Positions 48,801 through 60,533 of a DNA stretch of 64,000 bases are shown piece after piece (the first letter of the stretch is position 1; every line of letters begins with the position of its first letter). Source of the DNA: Azolla caroliniana (taxonomy: Eukaryota; Plantae; Polypodiophyta); the NCBI GenBank assembly GCA_043228905.1, contig JBHGNT010000002.1, positions 5,952,001-6,016,000 of the forward strand, in the 5' to 3' direction. A program made the translations under genes and the position numbers. The notes below the pieces were generated by a model. It searched no databases. It saw nothing but the letters and a program-made list of their open reading frames with translations, and had not been told where the DNA came from.

Positions 48801-51279
48801 GTTCAGTTCCGGCGTCTTCGGCACAGTAAACTCGAGCCGGATTCCCTTCGAGCGACAGTACTCCTGGAACTGCCCCCGGTATTCCCCTCCGTTATCCGCT
48901 CGTATCGCTTTCAGCTTCTTGCCGGATTCCCTTTCCACTCTCGCGTGGAGTTCTTTGAAGACGGACAACACTTGGTCCTTTGTCTTCAACGGCGCCGTCC
49001 ACAGCTTCCGGCTGTGATCATCAATGAAAGTCACGAAGTACTGAGCTCCGCCATGTGACTTCGTTTCTACCTGACACACATCCGTGTGCACCAACTCCAA
49101 TGGTGCGCTACGTCTCGTCGGTGGCCTTGAGTGGAAGGAGGTTCGGTTCTGCTTACCGGCCAGGCAATCGGTGCACTTCTCCAGATTCACATGCTTCACT
49201 GGAATGAGGTTCTCTTCTGCAAGCCTTTTCATCCCCTTCTCGCTCATGTGGCACAGTCTCTTGTGCCACAGCTCACCGGCAGTGTCGGCTGCCACGTTCA
49301 GCTCCTCCGGACATAGCCGGGAATTCATCAGGTACAGGGTGTTGACCTTCCGGGCCCGAGCCACTATCAAGCTCCCCTTGCTGAACTTCATGACACCGTT
49401 CTGGATGCTACCCGTGTAGCCTTCATCATCTAGCCTCCCGGCCGAGATCAGGTTCAATCGGACCTCCGGAACGTGTCGCACATCCTTCAACAGCATCTTG
49501 CATCCGGTTGATGTCAACAGCCACACGTCTCCTATGCCGGCAATCCGGCATGTGCCTTCATTTCCCATCCGGACACAGCCGTGCTCACCGGTTGTGTAGG
49601 ATGAGAAGTATTTCTTCTCCGGGGTCAGGTGGAACGACGCTCCGGAATCGACCACCCAGGTCATCTCTACACCGGCAAGGTTCAGCTCCCTCTCTTCGGT
49701 AATAAGCATTATCTCTTCTTCACTTGCCGCGAGTGCCGTCGTTCCTTTCCGGTCCTGCCCTCGCCGATCCGGACCTCTCCGGTCCGTGGCTCCCCGGTAT
49801 GCACCGTTTCTCTCCGGTGACTTCTTCGAATCGGTGTCGTCGGCTCCGTTGTCCTTTCGGTAATGCCGACAATTCTTCCGGAAGTGCCCCGGCTTCCCAC
49901 AGTGGAAGCATGTTGGCCTTCCTCTTGACTGCGACCGGGTCCCCGACTTCTCCCGTCTTTGCGGACTCCGGTTCCATTGTCTTCCCCGATCCGATTCGGT
50001 AAGCAGCATCTTCTAATCAGAAACCGGTTCTTTATCTCTCCGACGCGCTTCTTCGTTCAAAATACTTGTCTTTACCGTTTGTAGGAACAAGTTATCTTCG
50101 GTGCAGGAGGTGCTGAGAGTCACCACCAAGTTCTCCCAGCTGTCCGGCAATGTACACATCAGGATGATGGCTTGCATTGCATCCTCCAACGGGAACTTGA
50201 TCGCCGCAAGCTGGTTCACGAATCCCATGAACGTGCTTACGTGTTCCACCATACTCTCGCCGTCCCGGTACTTGAGGTTCACTATCTTTCTCATCAGGGA
50301 GGTCCGGTTCAACGCATTCTTCCTCTCGTAGAGGCCCGACAGCTTCCGCCACATCTCATATGCGTTGGTGTCGTTCGCCACGTGTTGTAGAACGCTCACG
50401 TCAACGTATTGCCGAATGGTTGCAACGGCTTTCCGGTTCAGAAGCCTCCACTCCGTCTCAAGTACCCCCTTGGGTATTTCCGACCTGTCGATCGGTTCAT
50501 ACAGATCCCGAACAATGAGCAGATCCTCCATCTTTATCTTCCAGTCGGCGTAGTTCTGCGCATTCAGCACCATCATCCCCGGCTGCCCGCTGCTGACGCC
50601 TTCCATTTTCTGTGTTACCGTCGCTTTGATACCAAATTGTCGTAATTCCGTGCTCGGCCACAACCGAGGAACAGGATCGATTCACAGAAAACGGGAAATA
50701 CAACAATGCACGAAAAACAATAGAGAGAAGGGCACACTGGATGTTTTACGTGGAAAACCCTACATGGGAAAAACCACGGGAGTGCAATACTCCAACTATC
50801 ACTATACGCGGAAATGTACAATGGCGAGCTGCAAGGCGACGACCTTGAGCTCGCTGTCCTCGCCACAGGCGGCGGTATTATGCAGAGGCGTCGACCTCTT
50901 CCTTCCTCTTTCTCTCTCACTCTCTCTCGGCTGCTCTCACTTCGCTCCCTCTTAGTGGAAAACAGGAAAAATGAGCAACAACATAATCTGTTTGCCCTAA
51001 GTCATATTTATACACATATGACTTTCGGGCTATTTACAAGTATAGCCTCAAGGGCTCTTGGCAAACATATTCTCAAATATGTCCCCGCATCCGGATCTCC
51101 CTCCGGGTATCTTCGTCATCCGGCTCCGTAACCGGGGTCTTCAGCATCCGGCTCCGTAGCCGGTGTATTCATCATCCGGCTCCGTAGCCGGGGTCTTCGT
51201 CATCCGGCTCCGTAACCGCAACCGGGCTTGCCGTCATTCATCTCCGGACATCCCATTCGGAGGGACCGAAATCCCAACA
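45881..51279 (-). mobile_element. Copia C3, full length, nested in the D integrase
   Basis: 642-bp LTRs at 45881-46522 and 50638-51279 look identical; TSD AATAA; iMet PBS at 50623-50634. Confidence 0.97.
46533..50606 (-). pseudogene. C3 gag-pol with a single in-frame TAG at 50013-50015
   Basis: Two ORFs in the same frame, collinear with C2. Confidence 0.92.
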
Positions 51280-53638
51280 AATAAAGCCTCTTTGCGTATC
51301 TGCTCCGATTCTATTTCATTTAACTTATTCGTTGCTTGGATACGAAGTGTCGGAATTTGAAATTCGATCGGCATAACGGCTTCGAGTCCGAATGCCATTC
51401 GGAAAGGTGTTGATTTAATGGATGTTTTGTACGAAGTACGATATGCCCATAATGCACTATTTAACTTTTGATCCCAATCAGTACGATTTTCATTCACTAT
51501 CTTCTTTAAAATTGTTTGAATTGTTTTATTTGTCGATTCTGCCAATCCATTAGCTTGGGGATAGTAAGGCGTACTTTTCTTATGAACTACGGCATAGTAA
51601 TTGGTTAATTCGTTAATTAACTTGTTAATAAAATGAGTGCCTTGATCGCTTACCAATTCTATTGGGCAACCGAATCGACACCATATATTCTCATACAGGA
51701 ATTTTGCTGTGGATGCTGCTGTATTGTCCCTGAGAGCTTTTGCTTCAACCCATTTTGTGCAATAGTCAGTCGCAATTATGATATATCGATTACCGGTTCT
51801 TGCAGCTGCTGGTTTGAATGGGCCAACAAAATCTAAGCCCCATTTCTGAAATGGCTCAAGAGGTAAAACCGGTTGAAAAGGCATTCGATCCTTTTCGGTT
51901 GGTTGCCCCATTCTTTGACACAAATCGCATTTCTTACAGTATTCGTTAGCATCTTTCATCACCGTTGGCCACCATAACCCGCTATTCCATATTTTTCTGG
52001 CTGTTGCTTCTCCTGCGTAATGACCGCCAGCAATTCCACAATGTGACTCTGTTAATATGGCTGATTTTTCAAATTTTCGTACTGCCCTTCGCCATATTCC
52101 ATCCGCTCCTTTATGATACAACATGTCATTAAAGAAACAAAAATTCCGACTTCGTACTGCAATTCTTTTTCTTTCATCTGTCGACATGTGTTCGGCCGGA
52201 ATTCCTGTTGATAGAAATATCGTCATTTCGGAAATCCATTCATCCTCTTTTTCCTCATTCACTTCATGTGCTTTTACTGCCTCAACCCGAAATAATTGAG
52301 TATCTGGAAAATCATCTTTAACCCCAACCGCTTCTTCTCCAGACTCAAGCCGACTGAGATAGTCAGCAATCGCGTGCTGTGCTCCTGGTCGATGTATAAT
52401 GTCGAATTCAAACTCTTGAAGCAATAACGTCCATCGGGCTAACTTGCCTGTCAATTCTTGTTTGGAAACTAGATACAGTAAAGCCGAATGATCCACATGA
52501 AATGTAAATTTCTTACCCAAAAGGTAATGTCGAAATTTGTTCACACTATAAATCATTCCCAAAGCTTCTCTTTCGGTTGTTGAATAGTTTCTTTCGGCCG
52601 ACGAAAGTTTCCTATTGGCATAGTATACCGGCCTATACCAGTTTGGTTCGGATAATTGCATTAAAGCACTGCCTATGGCAATGTCCGACGCATCGACGAA
52701 AACATGAAATGGTTTGTTCCAGTCCGGTGGTTGAACTACCGGAACCTTCGTCAGCATCTTCTTGAGACATTCGTATGCATCTTGTTCTATACTTGTCCAT
52801 ATAAAAGGAACTTTGTGTACTGGTGTGTGTAACGGAATAGCAATGTCTGCTAGATATCTCATCATTCTACTGTGCCACCGAATTTGACCCAAAAATCTAC
52901 TTAGAGCTTTAGCATTTGTTGGTGGTGTTGCCTCAATAATTGCTTTAACTTTGTCTGGGTCCACTGCAATCCCTTCTTGACTGACAATATGCCCAAGTAA
53001 TGTACCACTCATTACTCCGAATGCGCATTTGGCTGGATTTAAACTAAGACGCCCTTTTCGACATTTTTCTAAACATAGCCGTAAATGCTCAAAATGATCA
53101 GCTTTCCGACTATATAGTGCAAAATCATCTAAAAACACCTGCATGAAGGCTGGAATATATTCCCCGAATATTTCCTGTATTACCCGCTGAAATGTAGCTG
53201 GAGCTGTTTTTAAACCGAACATCATGACTACTGCCACAAAGACACCCCATTCTGTGACGAAAGCTGTCTTTTCCTGATCTTCCGGATTCATCCGTACTTG
53301 GTTGTACGCACTGAACCCATCCAAGAAACTATAAATTTCATGTCCCGCTACTGCATCTAATATTCCATCTGTGAATGGCAACGGAAACGCATCCGTAATT
53401 GTCGCTGCATTCAATTTTCTGTAATCCACACATACGCGAATTTTCCCATTCTTTTTCGGGACTACTACTATCGGACTCAGCCATGTTGATTTTTTGACGG
53501 GTCGAATAAATCCTACTTTTAAGAGTTTATCGATTTCTTCTTTTACTTTCATAGCATAATTCGGATTCAACCTGTACCTGCGTTGTTGTACTGGCTTTGC
53601 ATCTTTATGCAAATTGATTTGATGTTGACAAAAAGCGG
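51280..53638 (-). pseudogene. Element D RT-RNase H-integrase (open frame, cut by E and C3)
   Basis: RVCVDYR, FLDD, FVDASD, WGLDFVGP and VSDQGTHF motifs. Confidence 0.93.
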
Positions 53639-56600
53639 TGTCGTAGTGTATTTTGTACACTACGTGAAAAACGTATATAGTATTAGATTCAATAAAAAAT
53701 GAAGAAATAGAAGAAAATAGCAAAATAAATGGAACATGCATAGGGCAAGATTCGAACCTTGCACCTCCATGTTAATAATGTAATGTCTTACCATTACACT
53801 AGCATTTCATTAGTGTTAAAGCATAGATGTCCCACATAGAAAGGTAAATTCACGCTAGGATAAACATTAGAAAAACGCATAACAAAAGAAAAAGCTACAC
53901 ATACACATCTAGCGTGCATGATAAAAAACGCACAAGTTAGAAAAAGCATGATCACTTTAGATAAAGCATATAGTCTATCTATAGGAAAAGCATGGGGTCT
54001 ATAGTTAGAGAAAAAGCATGGATTACTAAGACTTCCTCATCACTACATAAGGATGGGAAGCACAATGTAATTGTGTGTGAAAAATATTTGGAAACTGGAT
54101 ATGTTTCTAAAAAACACCAATTAATAAACTATACTCGTGGGATTCACGAGAATTCTATATCATTCTCTTTCAACCGAAGTTTATATTCTTATATTCATAT
54201 TGATTAATCTAATACAATACACTCGTGGGATTCACGAGTTTGCTATAACTCTTTCTTACAACATATTTATATTCTTATTAGCCTTAAAACTCTCCTCTTC
54301 CTAGTCCAAAACCCCAGCGGTTCCCACCTGACTCACGCAACGATCTGGCGCCGAAAGGCACGACACAGTTGGTGAACCCGACGTGAAGATGGGTGGCAAG
54401 GAGATGGAGAATCAACAAGAGGCGATGAACATGATGATGATGATGTTCGAGCGGATGCTACAAGAACAACGAGCGATGTCGGAGATCACGGGGGCAGTAA
54501 AGCGGCTCGTACAACGAAACGGGGAATTCAACGGTAAGGGTGTGTCACGCTACCTACGTGAATATAAGGCGGAGATGATGCAATATCGGATACCGGAAGG
54601 ATTGCAAGTGATATCCTTTAACCGGGTGGCCTCGGACGAACTACAAGAGAGAATCCACAAGATACAACAACAAAACTCGACATGGGAGTCCTTTGAAGAA
54701 GCTTTACGAGAGGCATATGACTACGAGAGATCGAAGGGACGAGATCGACGAGAATTCGACGAATGGGTGGCGTCGGAGAAGACTCACCGAAGTGCAACGC
54801 AAGCGTTCCTAGAGTTCGAGCATCGTTTTGCTCGACTCTCGGAGCGGGAACGAAGATTGGTGGGAGGAGATAAAGTCTTAATGTTCGTAAGATCGATCGA
54901 TCGGAAAGAAAGGATGGACATCGGGATCGAACTCGAAGATGATGACGGTGCGAACGGTCTTACCGAGGATTGGGCCAAAGTCGAAAGGGTATGCCGAAGA
55001 CATGATGAAAGGAAGCTGAGAATCTCGTCAACAACGACATGGCCCATGAAGGATGGTCGATTGAGGAAAAACGATGAAGCCAATATGAAGGCCGAAATAC
55101 AACATGATGGTACCACGGGAGAAAGAGTGGAACAAGACACCCACTCGTCTTGTGAAAGAACGATGGCGAAGGATAAGGCCGATAATTCAAGTGTAGAAGG
55201 AAATTTCGGGATACAAGTGCCCGAGACATCGGGTCAAAAAGGGGTAAGCATAATAGATGTTTGCATAATTGATGCAGATAAAGAGTGTGAAGCGGATGTG
55301 ATTAAGGAGGTAGCCACAAAAGACGAAATCGAATCAGAGGTGGCTATGGACGAATCAATGGCGGATTGCCATATCGAGACTTCCCCACCACTGATTCTAG
55401 AGACTCCGGCGGTTGCGTTCGAAAGGCAACGTGAGACCGAAGAGACGGAAAGTGGCGGAGAGAAAACAAAGGTCGAAGTCAATGCATACGACGGAAAGAT
55501 AGCCGAGAATATGGCTATGGGTGAAACAATGGAGGATGATAATACCGAGGATTCCTACCCACTAATTCTAGAGACTTCGGCAGTTGTGTCCGAGAACCAA
55601 CGTGAGACCAGAGAGACGGGAGGTGGCAGCAAGAAAGGTAAAGTCGGAAGCCGGTTCGGATGGAAGGTGATCCGGATGGGATTCCGATCCGAAAGAAAGC
55701 CGAACCGGGTAAAAGAGGATTCGACCGAAAGACGATACAAACGAAAGCCGAACCGGGCAAATGAGGATTCAGCCGAAAGACGACCCGAAAGAAAGCCGAC
55801 CCGAAAAGGGGTCGACTCGGTCAAAACCGATCGACCAAGTCTGACTTGGCCGAACGCGAATATGGATGGAAGCCGACCTAGCCGAAAGCCAATCGGACGA
55901 GACGGATCCGGAAAGAAGCTAATCCGACTCAATCGGAGGTTGGATCGGTCGAGGCTGGTGAAAACGAGGAAAAGAAAGCCAACCGAAACCAAAACCGATA
56001 GATCGAAACCGGGCCGGAAGGAGACCGACTCAATCGAAACCGAACAACCAATTCCGATTCGGCCGAATACGAATCCGATCGGAAGCCGATCAAACCGAAA
56101 GTTGATCAGACAAGAGCGATCCGGAAAAAAATCAAGGTTGATGAAGACAACAAAGAGGCCAGTAAAAGACACTACCACGAATGACAAGGGCCAAGAATAT
56201 GACGAGAGAGAACAAAGAATATGGTGGATCGGATGGCGACAATGGTTCGGGTGGAAAGAATGGGTCAACTCAAAATGGAGAGACAAAGTTGACATAGCGG
56301 GACAAACGGAGGATGAAGGGGAGACAACGAGAATCGGCAACTTCGGCACATACCGGAGGATGTGTGGGTTCGGAGGGGGCGAGTGTCGTATGTTGCGATG
56401 ATGAACCCGACTCTATGCTTAGGCATTGCCGGGAGTCGGGGGTGCACGAACCCGTACTCATGGAGCACACGAGCTACTTCTTGGAACAAGGCGTCATCAC
56501 TGCCCTATGTCCGATACGCTGTCGTAGTGTATTTCGTACACTACGTGAAAAAGTAAAAATAATATAACCGATTTAATTACATATAAATAAATAAAATAAG

Positions 56601-57241
56601 AATATCAAGATATTTATCACGTGCATAGGGCAAGATTCGAACCTTGTACCTCCACGTAGCCAAACCTCAACTTTACCATTATGCTACCTTATCTTTAGTG
56701 TTCTATAAATAGATTTAATAACTATAAGTGCTTTATTTGCGCCTACCTTTATTAAAAGGTAAATCGTGCATTTTTAGAGTGCGTGAATATTTTATAGAAA
56801 AACGCAAGCAACTAAAAAGTGACTCATGCACATCTAGCGTGCATGAGCACTATATTTAGCAAATAAAAGCAAGGATTAGAAAAGCATCACATGCACATTT
56901 AGTGTGCATGAACATATGAGAAAAAGCATGTAGCTATGCTTAGTCTCTCCCATCACTATATAAGGATGGGGAGCACATTGTAGTTTTTGTTGGTTATTTT
57001 TCTATAATGATCAATCAATCTAAAATATTCGTGGGATTCACGAATTTGCTAAAATAATTCTCTCTTACTACCTAAATATTGACTAAATATACTAAACTCG
57101 TGGGATTCACGAGATTCTTATCTTATAACTCTTTATACCTATTCTTTACTAGCCTTATTTGTATTTTTCTTTCTCCTAGTCCAAAACCCCGGTGGTTCCC
57201 ACCCGACTCACGCAAACGATCCGGAGCCGAAAGGCACGACA
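53639..57241 (+). mobile_element. Element E: gag-only LTR-bounded insertion with divergent LTRs
   Basis: TGTCG...CGACA repeats at 53639-54365 and 56520-57241; TSD GCGG; tRNA-Trp PBS TGGTGAACCCGACGTGA at 54370-54386. The host frame GLDPA|FCQHQ is restored on removal. Confidence 0.9.
54389..56401 (+). CDS. Gag-like protein of E with acidic middle and Arg/Lys-rich C-terminal region
   Basis: About 670-aa ORF starting right after the PBS; homologous to the F ORF; no pol domains. Confidence 0.72.
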   Translation: MGGKEMENQQEAMNMMMMMFERMLQEQRAMSEITGAVKRLVQRNGEFNGKGVSRYLREYKAEMMQYRIPEGLQVISFNRVASDELQERIHKIQQQNSTWESFEEALREAYDYERSKGRDRREFDEWVASEKTHRSATQAFLEFEHRFARLSERERRLVGGDKVLMFVRSIDRKERMDIGIELEDDDGANGLTEDWAKVERVCRRHDERKLRISSTTTWPMKDGRLRKNDEANMKAEIQHDGTTGERVEQDTHSSCERTMAKDKADNSSVEGNFGIQVPETSGQKGVSIIDVCIIDADKECEADVIKEVATKDEIESEVAMDESMADCHIETSPPLILETPAVAFERQRETEETESGGEKTKVEVNAYDGKIAENMAMGETMEDDNTEDSYPLILETSAVVSENQRETRETGGGSKKGKVGSRFGWKVIRMGFRSERKPNRVKEDSTERRYKRKPNRANEDSAERRPERKPTRKGVDSVKTDRPSLTWPNANMDGSRPSRKPIGRDGSGKKLIRLNRRLDRSRLVKTRKRKPTETKTDRSKPGRKETDSIETEQPIPIRPNTNPIGSRSNRKLIRQERSGKKSRLMKTTKRPVKDTTTNDKGQEYDEREQRIWWIGWRQWFGWKEWVNSKWRDKVDIAGQTEDEGETTRIGNFGTYRRMCGFGGGECRMLR

Positions 57242-59847
57242 GCGGGATCCAGACCTTTCATATCGTCAAACGACCATGCAAAAACATCTTTATATTGTAA
57301 TAGTAATGTTGTTAATGTCCGTTTGTCATTTACCGTCAAATCTCTAGCAATCAAGACTGTTTTTCTTTCAGCATCCTCTACTCCTGCCAAATCGATCTCC
57401 TCCAATGCTGAGGCTTGCACTCTCTGAGATACCTTCATTTCCTTATCTGTAGCTTCTTGTTGCATTCGTATTTCTTTCATTGTTTGCTCATCGATTGGCA
57501 CTTCTTCGTGTGAGTCTACATATGGTGTTAATGCTTGCAAAATATCTACCTCAAATAGAGGGATGATTTTTTGATTATCATCAAAATACTGACTTTCTTC
57601 TTCCTCGTCCAATCCTTCCATCATATTAACTGCTTCTGCATGTACAGGTAAACTCTGTTTGCTTGTTGTCACTTTGTTGTGCGTCGGAATCCTGACCTTA
57701 TTTTTTCCTTTCCTAAATGTTAGCACATTTTGTTTGCAATTTTGTTTAATATTAGCTGTCTTTAACCATGGTCTCCCCAATAACAAGGGGTATGCTCCCT
57801 GTGTTTCTAACTGCAAAATTACTGCCGAAATCTGAAAACTGTGTCCCCCGATTATTACATCCAGTTGTCGAAGCAAACCAATCGGTCGTACCGTACTTGT
57901 ATCTGCCATTCGTAACCAAAACGGACATGCTTCCCATTCCGTGATTCCCAGTTTTTCACATGTAGTTTTGTTAATCACATTAACACCCGAGCCTCCATCT
58001 ATAATCACATTTCCGATTTCTTGCCCGTAAAGTATTACCTTAATCGACGGATTCTGTTCATCCATGATCGAAGGGTTATTACTTGGCTGATTGTAGTGTA
58101 CTGCTATTTGTTCGGAACCTTTATATGCAATTAATGCTGCCACTTTTTCTGTAAACCTTGGTACTAACTTAAGTAAGCCCGTAAGTGGCAATGACACTTG
58201 GCAATCAGCCAACAGTTTCCAAGTTTCTTCCTGTTCCTTATTCCCCAATGACTGTTGAACAGCGATGTCCTGGTCAATGTTATTGTCTTGTAACATTCGA
58301 TTCACATTACTTTGATTTGCTTCATCCACCCATTCTTTTGCCGCCTTCCGAACTTCTTCCTGAATTTCCCACTCTGATTGTTTGCTTTTGCTGCGTGTCG
58401 TTACTTGCTGAACTTCCGGTATTACCATATTAACTGCTGGACCCTTTCCTTTAACCGGACATTGATTAGCATAATGGCCTAGTTGTCGACAAATGTAACA
58501 AGTGGGCACAAATGTTGCACTGGTCTCTCCATGTGCAAATTGCCCGTTATTAAATTGCTGCTCTTCATTACCATTCGGGTTTTGTTGGTATTGACGTGTA
58601 GCTTTTGGTTTGTAAAATCTCTTGTTTTTATACCGATTCTGCCTAAATTGTTCAGTATTATCATTTGGTTGTGCTATATTGTGTGGTATCCCGAACTCCT
58701 GATTTGGCGGAAAATTACTCTGTTGAAACATTTGATTATTTTGTGGAACGGTTTGAGTATTATGTTGAAAAGTCATATTACCCGGTTGAAATGCCGGATT
58801 TGGTTGAAATGTAGAATTCGGTTGCACATTCGGACAGTTCTGTTGAAACCCTTGAAATGGTGGGTTACCTTGTTGGAAACTTTGATTATTTTGTTGAAAA
58901 TATTGATTCGGATTCTATACGAATGGTGGGTTGGATTGAGCAAAACCTGGTTGAAATGCTTGAGTCACTTGAGTGGGTTGCATATTTTGTTGTGAAAAGA
59001 TCTGATTTGGCTGTAGAACCGGATTCTGTTGTACATTTTGCTGATTTTGTGAAAAATTATTATTTTGATAACCATTGAACAGATTAGTGTTATTTTGTTA
59101 ACCATTGTCAGCAAAAATTTGTCGTATTGACGCCGTAGTCTTATTAAGCAGATTATATTCACATTGTTCTACGGAATGTAATTTTGAATGACATATTGTA
59201 CAATGTGTTCTTAACGTACAGTCAATTGCCGAATGCCCCGTATTTAAACAAGTGGTGCATTGAACTGCTTGTCGAAATTGTAACTCCTCCATTGTTGGTA
59301 ATGTACGGTGTAATGCCGACATGTCCATACTCTGAACATTGACCGGTGGTCGACCCATTTCTATTGCTTTATCAATGACTTGTTCGATAGTCTGATTTCG
59401 AAAATCGAACACTTTCAATGTCGTCCTTAATGGTTCTTTTACAGCTTCTAGAAAGACTTCTTTTAATTCCTTATCCGGAATCGGCCTTGAAATCTGAAGC
59501 TGTAAGTTCTGAAATCGTATCACAAACTGAGATACTGTTTCATTTTTTTCTTGATATAACGCATAAAATTGCGCAATCAAATCCTTCTGCGGAATTTGTT
59601 GATGAAATAATTGTAAAAATTTACTAGTTAATACTTCAAAGGATGGAAATCCTTGAAGACCGTTCTGCGCAAACCAATTAGCAGAATATCCGTCTAATGA
59701 TAAGACGAACTCAGCGATTTTTGACTTATCTTCGGCATCTGCCGACAATCGCTGAGCTCCATGGTTAATCTCCCATGTCGTTAAGAAATCCCTAACATGT
59801 GCTTCTGCATCTGTTCCTTCCCGGAACTTAGAATAAGTATAAGGCAT
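57242..59847 (-). pseudogene. Element D gag (Q/N-rich linker, knuckles) and protease, broken
   Basis: LYQEKNETVSQFVIRF, CTTCLNTGHSAIDC, CYICRQLGHYANQC, IIDGGSGVN and LLLGRPWL motifs. Confidence 0.88.
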
Positions 59848-60533
59848 ATCGTCCCAAATGTCGTAAAACGATACCTCTTCCGTCTGTTTTTCGTCTGAAG
59901 GTAATTGATCGGATAAGTCAGGAAGTTTCGACCACTTTGTGCTTCATTCCGGCTGTTCTTGCGCAATGAACGCTTGCTGCACTACCTTCGTAACTGACCT
60001 TGCACGAGGGCGCTTACAACTGACCGGTGCCTCCTCTTCATACGACATCCATTCGAATTGTTCTCTGCTTAATTGCAGATGTAACCGGGCGTGCCAAAAT
60101 TCTTCTGTGTTAATCGGCTAATTACTAACTACTACCGATACAGAAGAGTGAACGTCGCTACTCAACATTCTAACAAGGAATTGTGTTTTACGAACGGAAT
60201 TATGCTATATTAATCGGTAATTACCGTGATCGTTACTTAGTTATAAATTAGGAAGCTTGCACTTAAGATCATAGACAATAGAAGGAACACAGAATCCGTA
60301 CAAGATATTCCTAACTTAAACTTATATTACTAAATAAAACAACCTTTCTTACAATGCCTTCGGTTCCCTTTTATAGGTATACCGAAGGTCTTTTCTCATC
60401 AAGAACTATTCCTACTTACTATCAAGATTTACAAAATTATCTAACTAACTTAGTTCTCTTCGTTTACTGCTGAGTCATTGATCCGAACAGTCGATCCGAA
60501 CCGACTCTGTTTTCGACGCTTTCCCACTTGTTC

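Larger units (their letters stand above)
42186..60533 (-). mobile_element. Element D: non-chromoviral Gypsy with coiled-coil extra ORF
   Basis: LTRs at 42186-42642 and 60108-60533 (outer ~31 bp lost) show about 4 differences by eye. PBS TGGCACGCCCGGT at 60084-60096 on the minus strand, tRNA-Arg-like. Confidence 0.92.

Noticed and set aside
50013-50015. Programmed read-through in C3
   Set aside because: C1 and C2 have a sense codon (Pro) at this position.
53736-53803. Functional tRNA genes in LTRs
   Set aside because: Acceptor and anticodon stems do not form consistently and vary between copies, so they are reported only as tRNA-like box modules.
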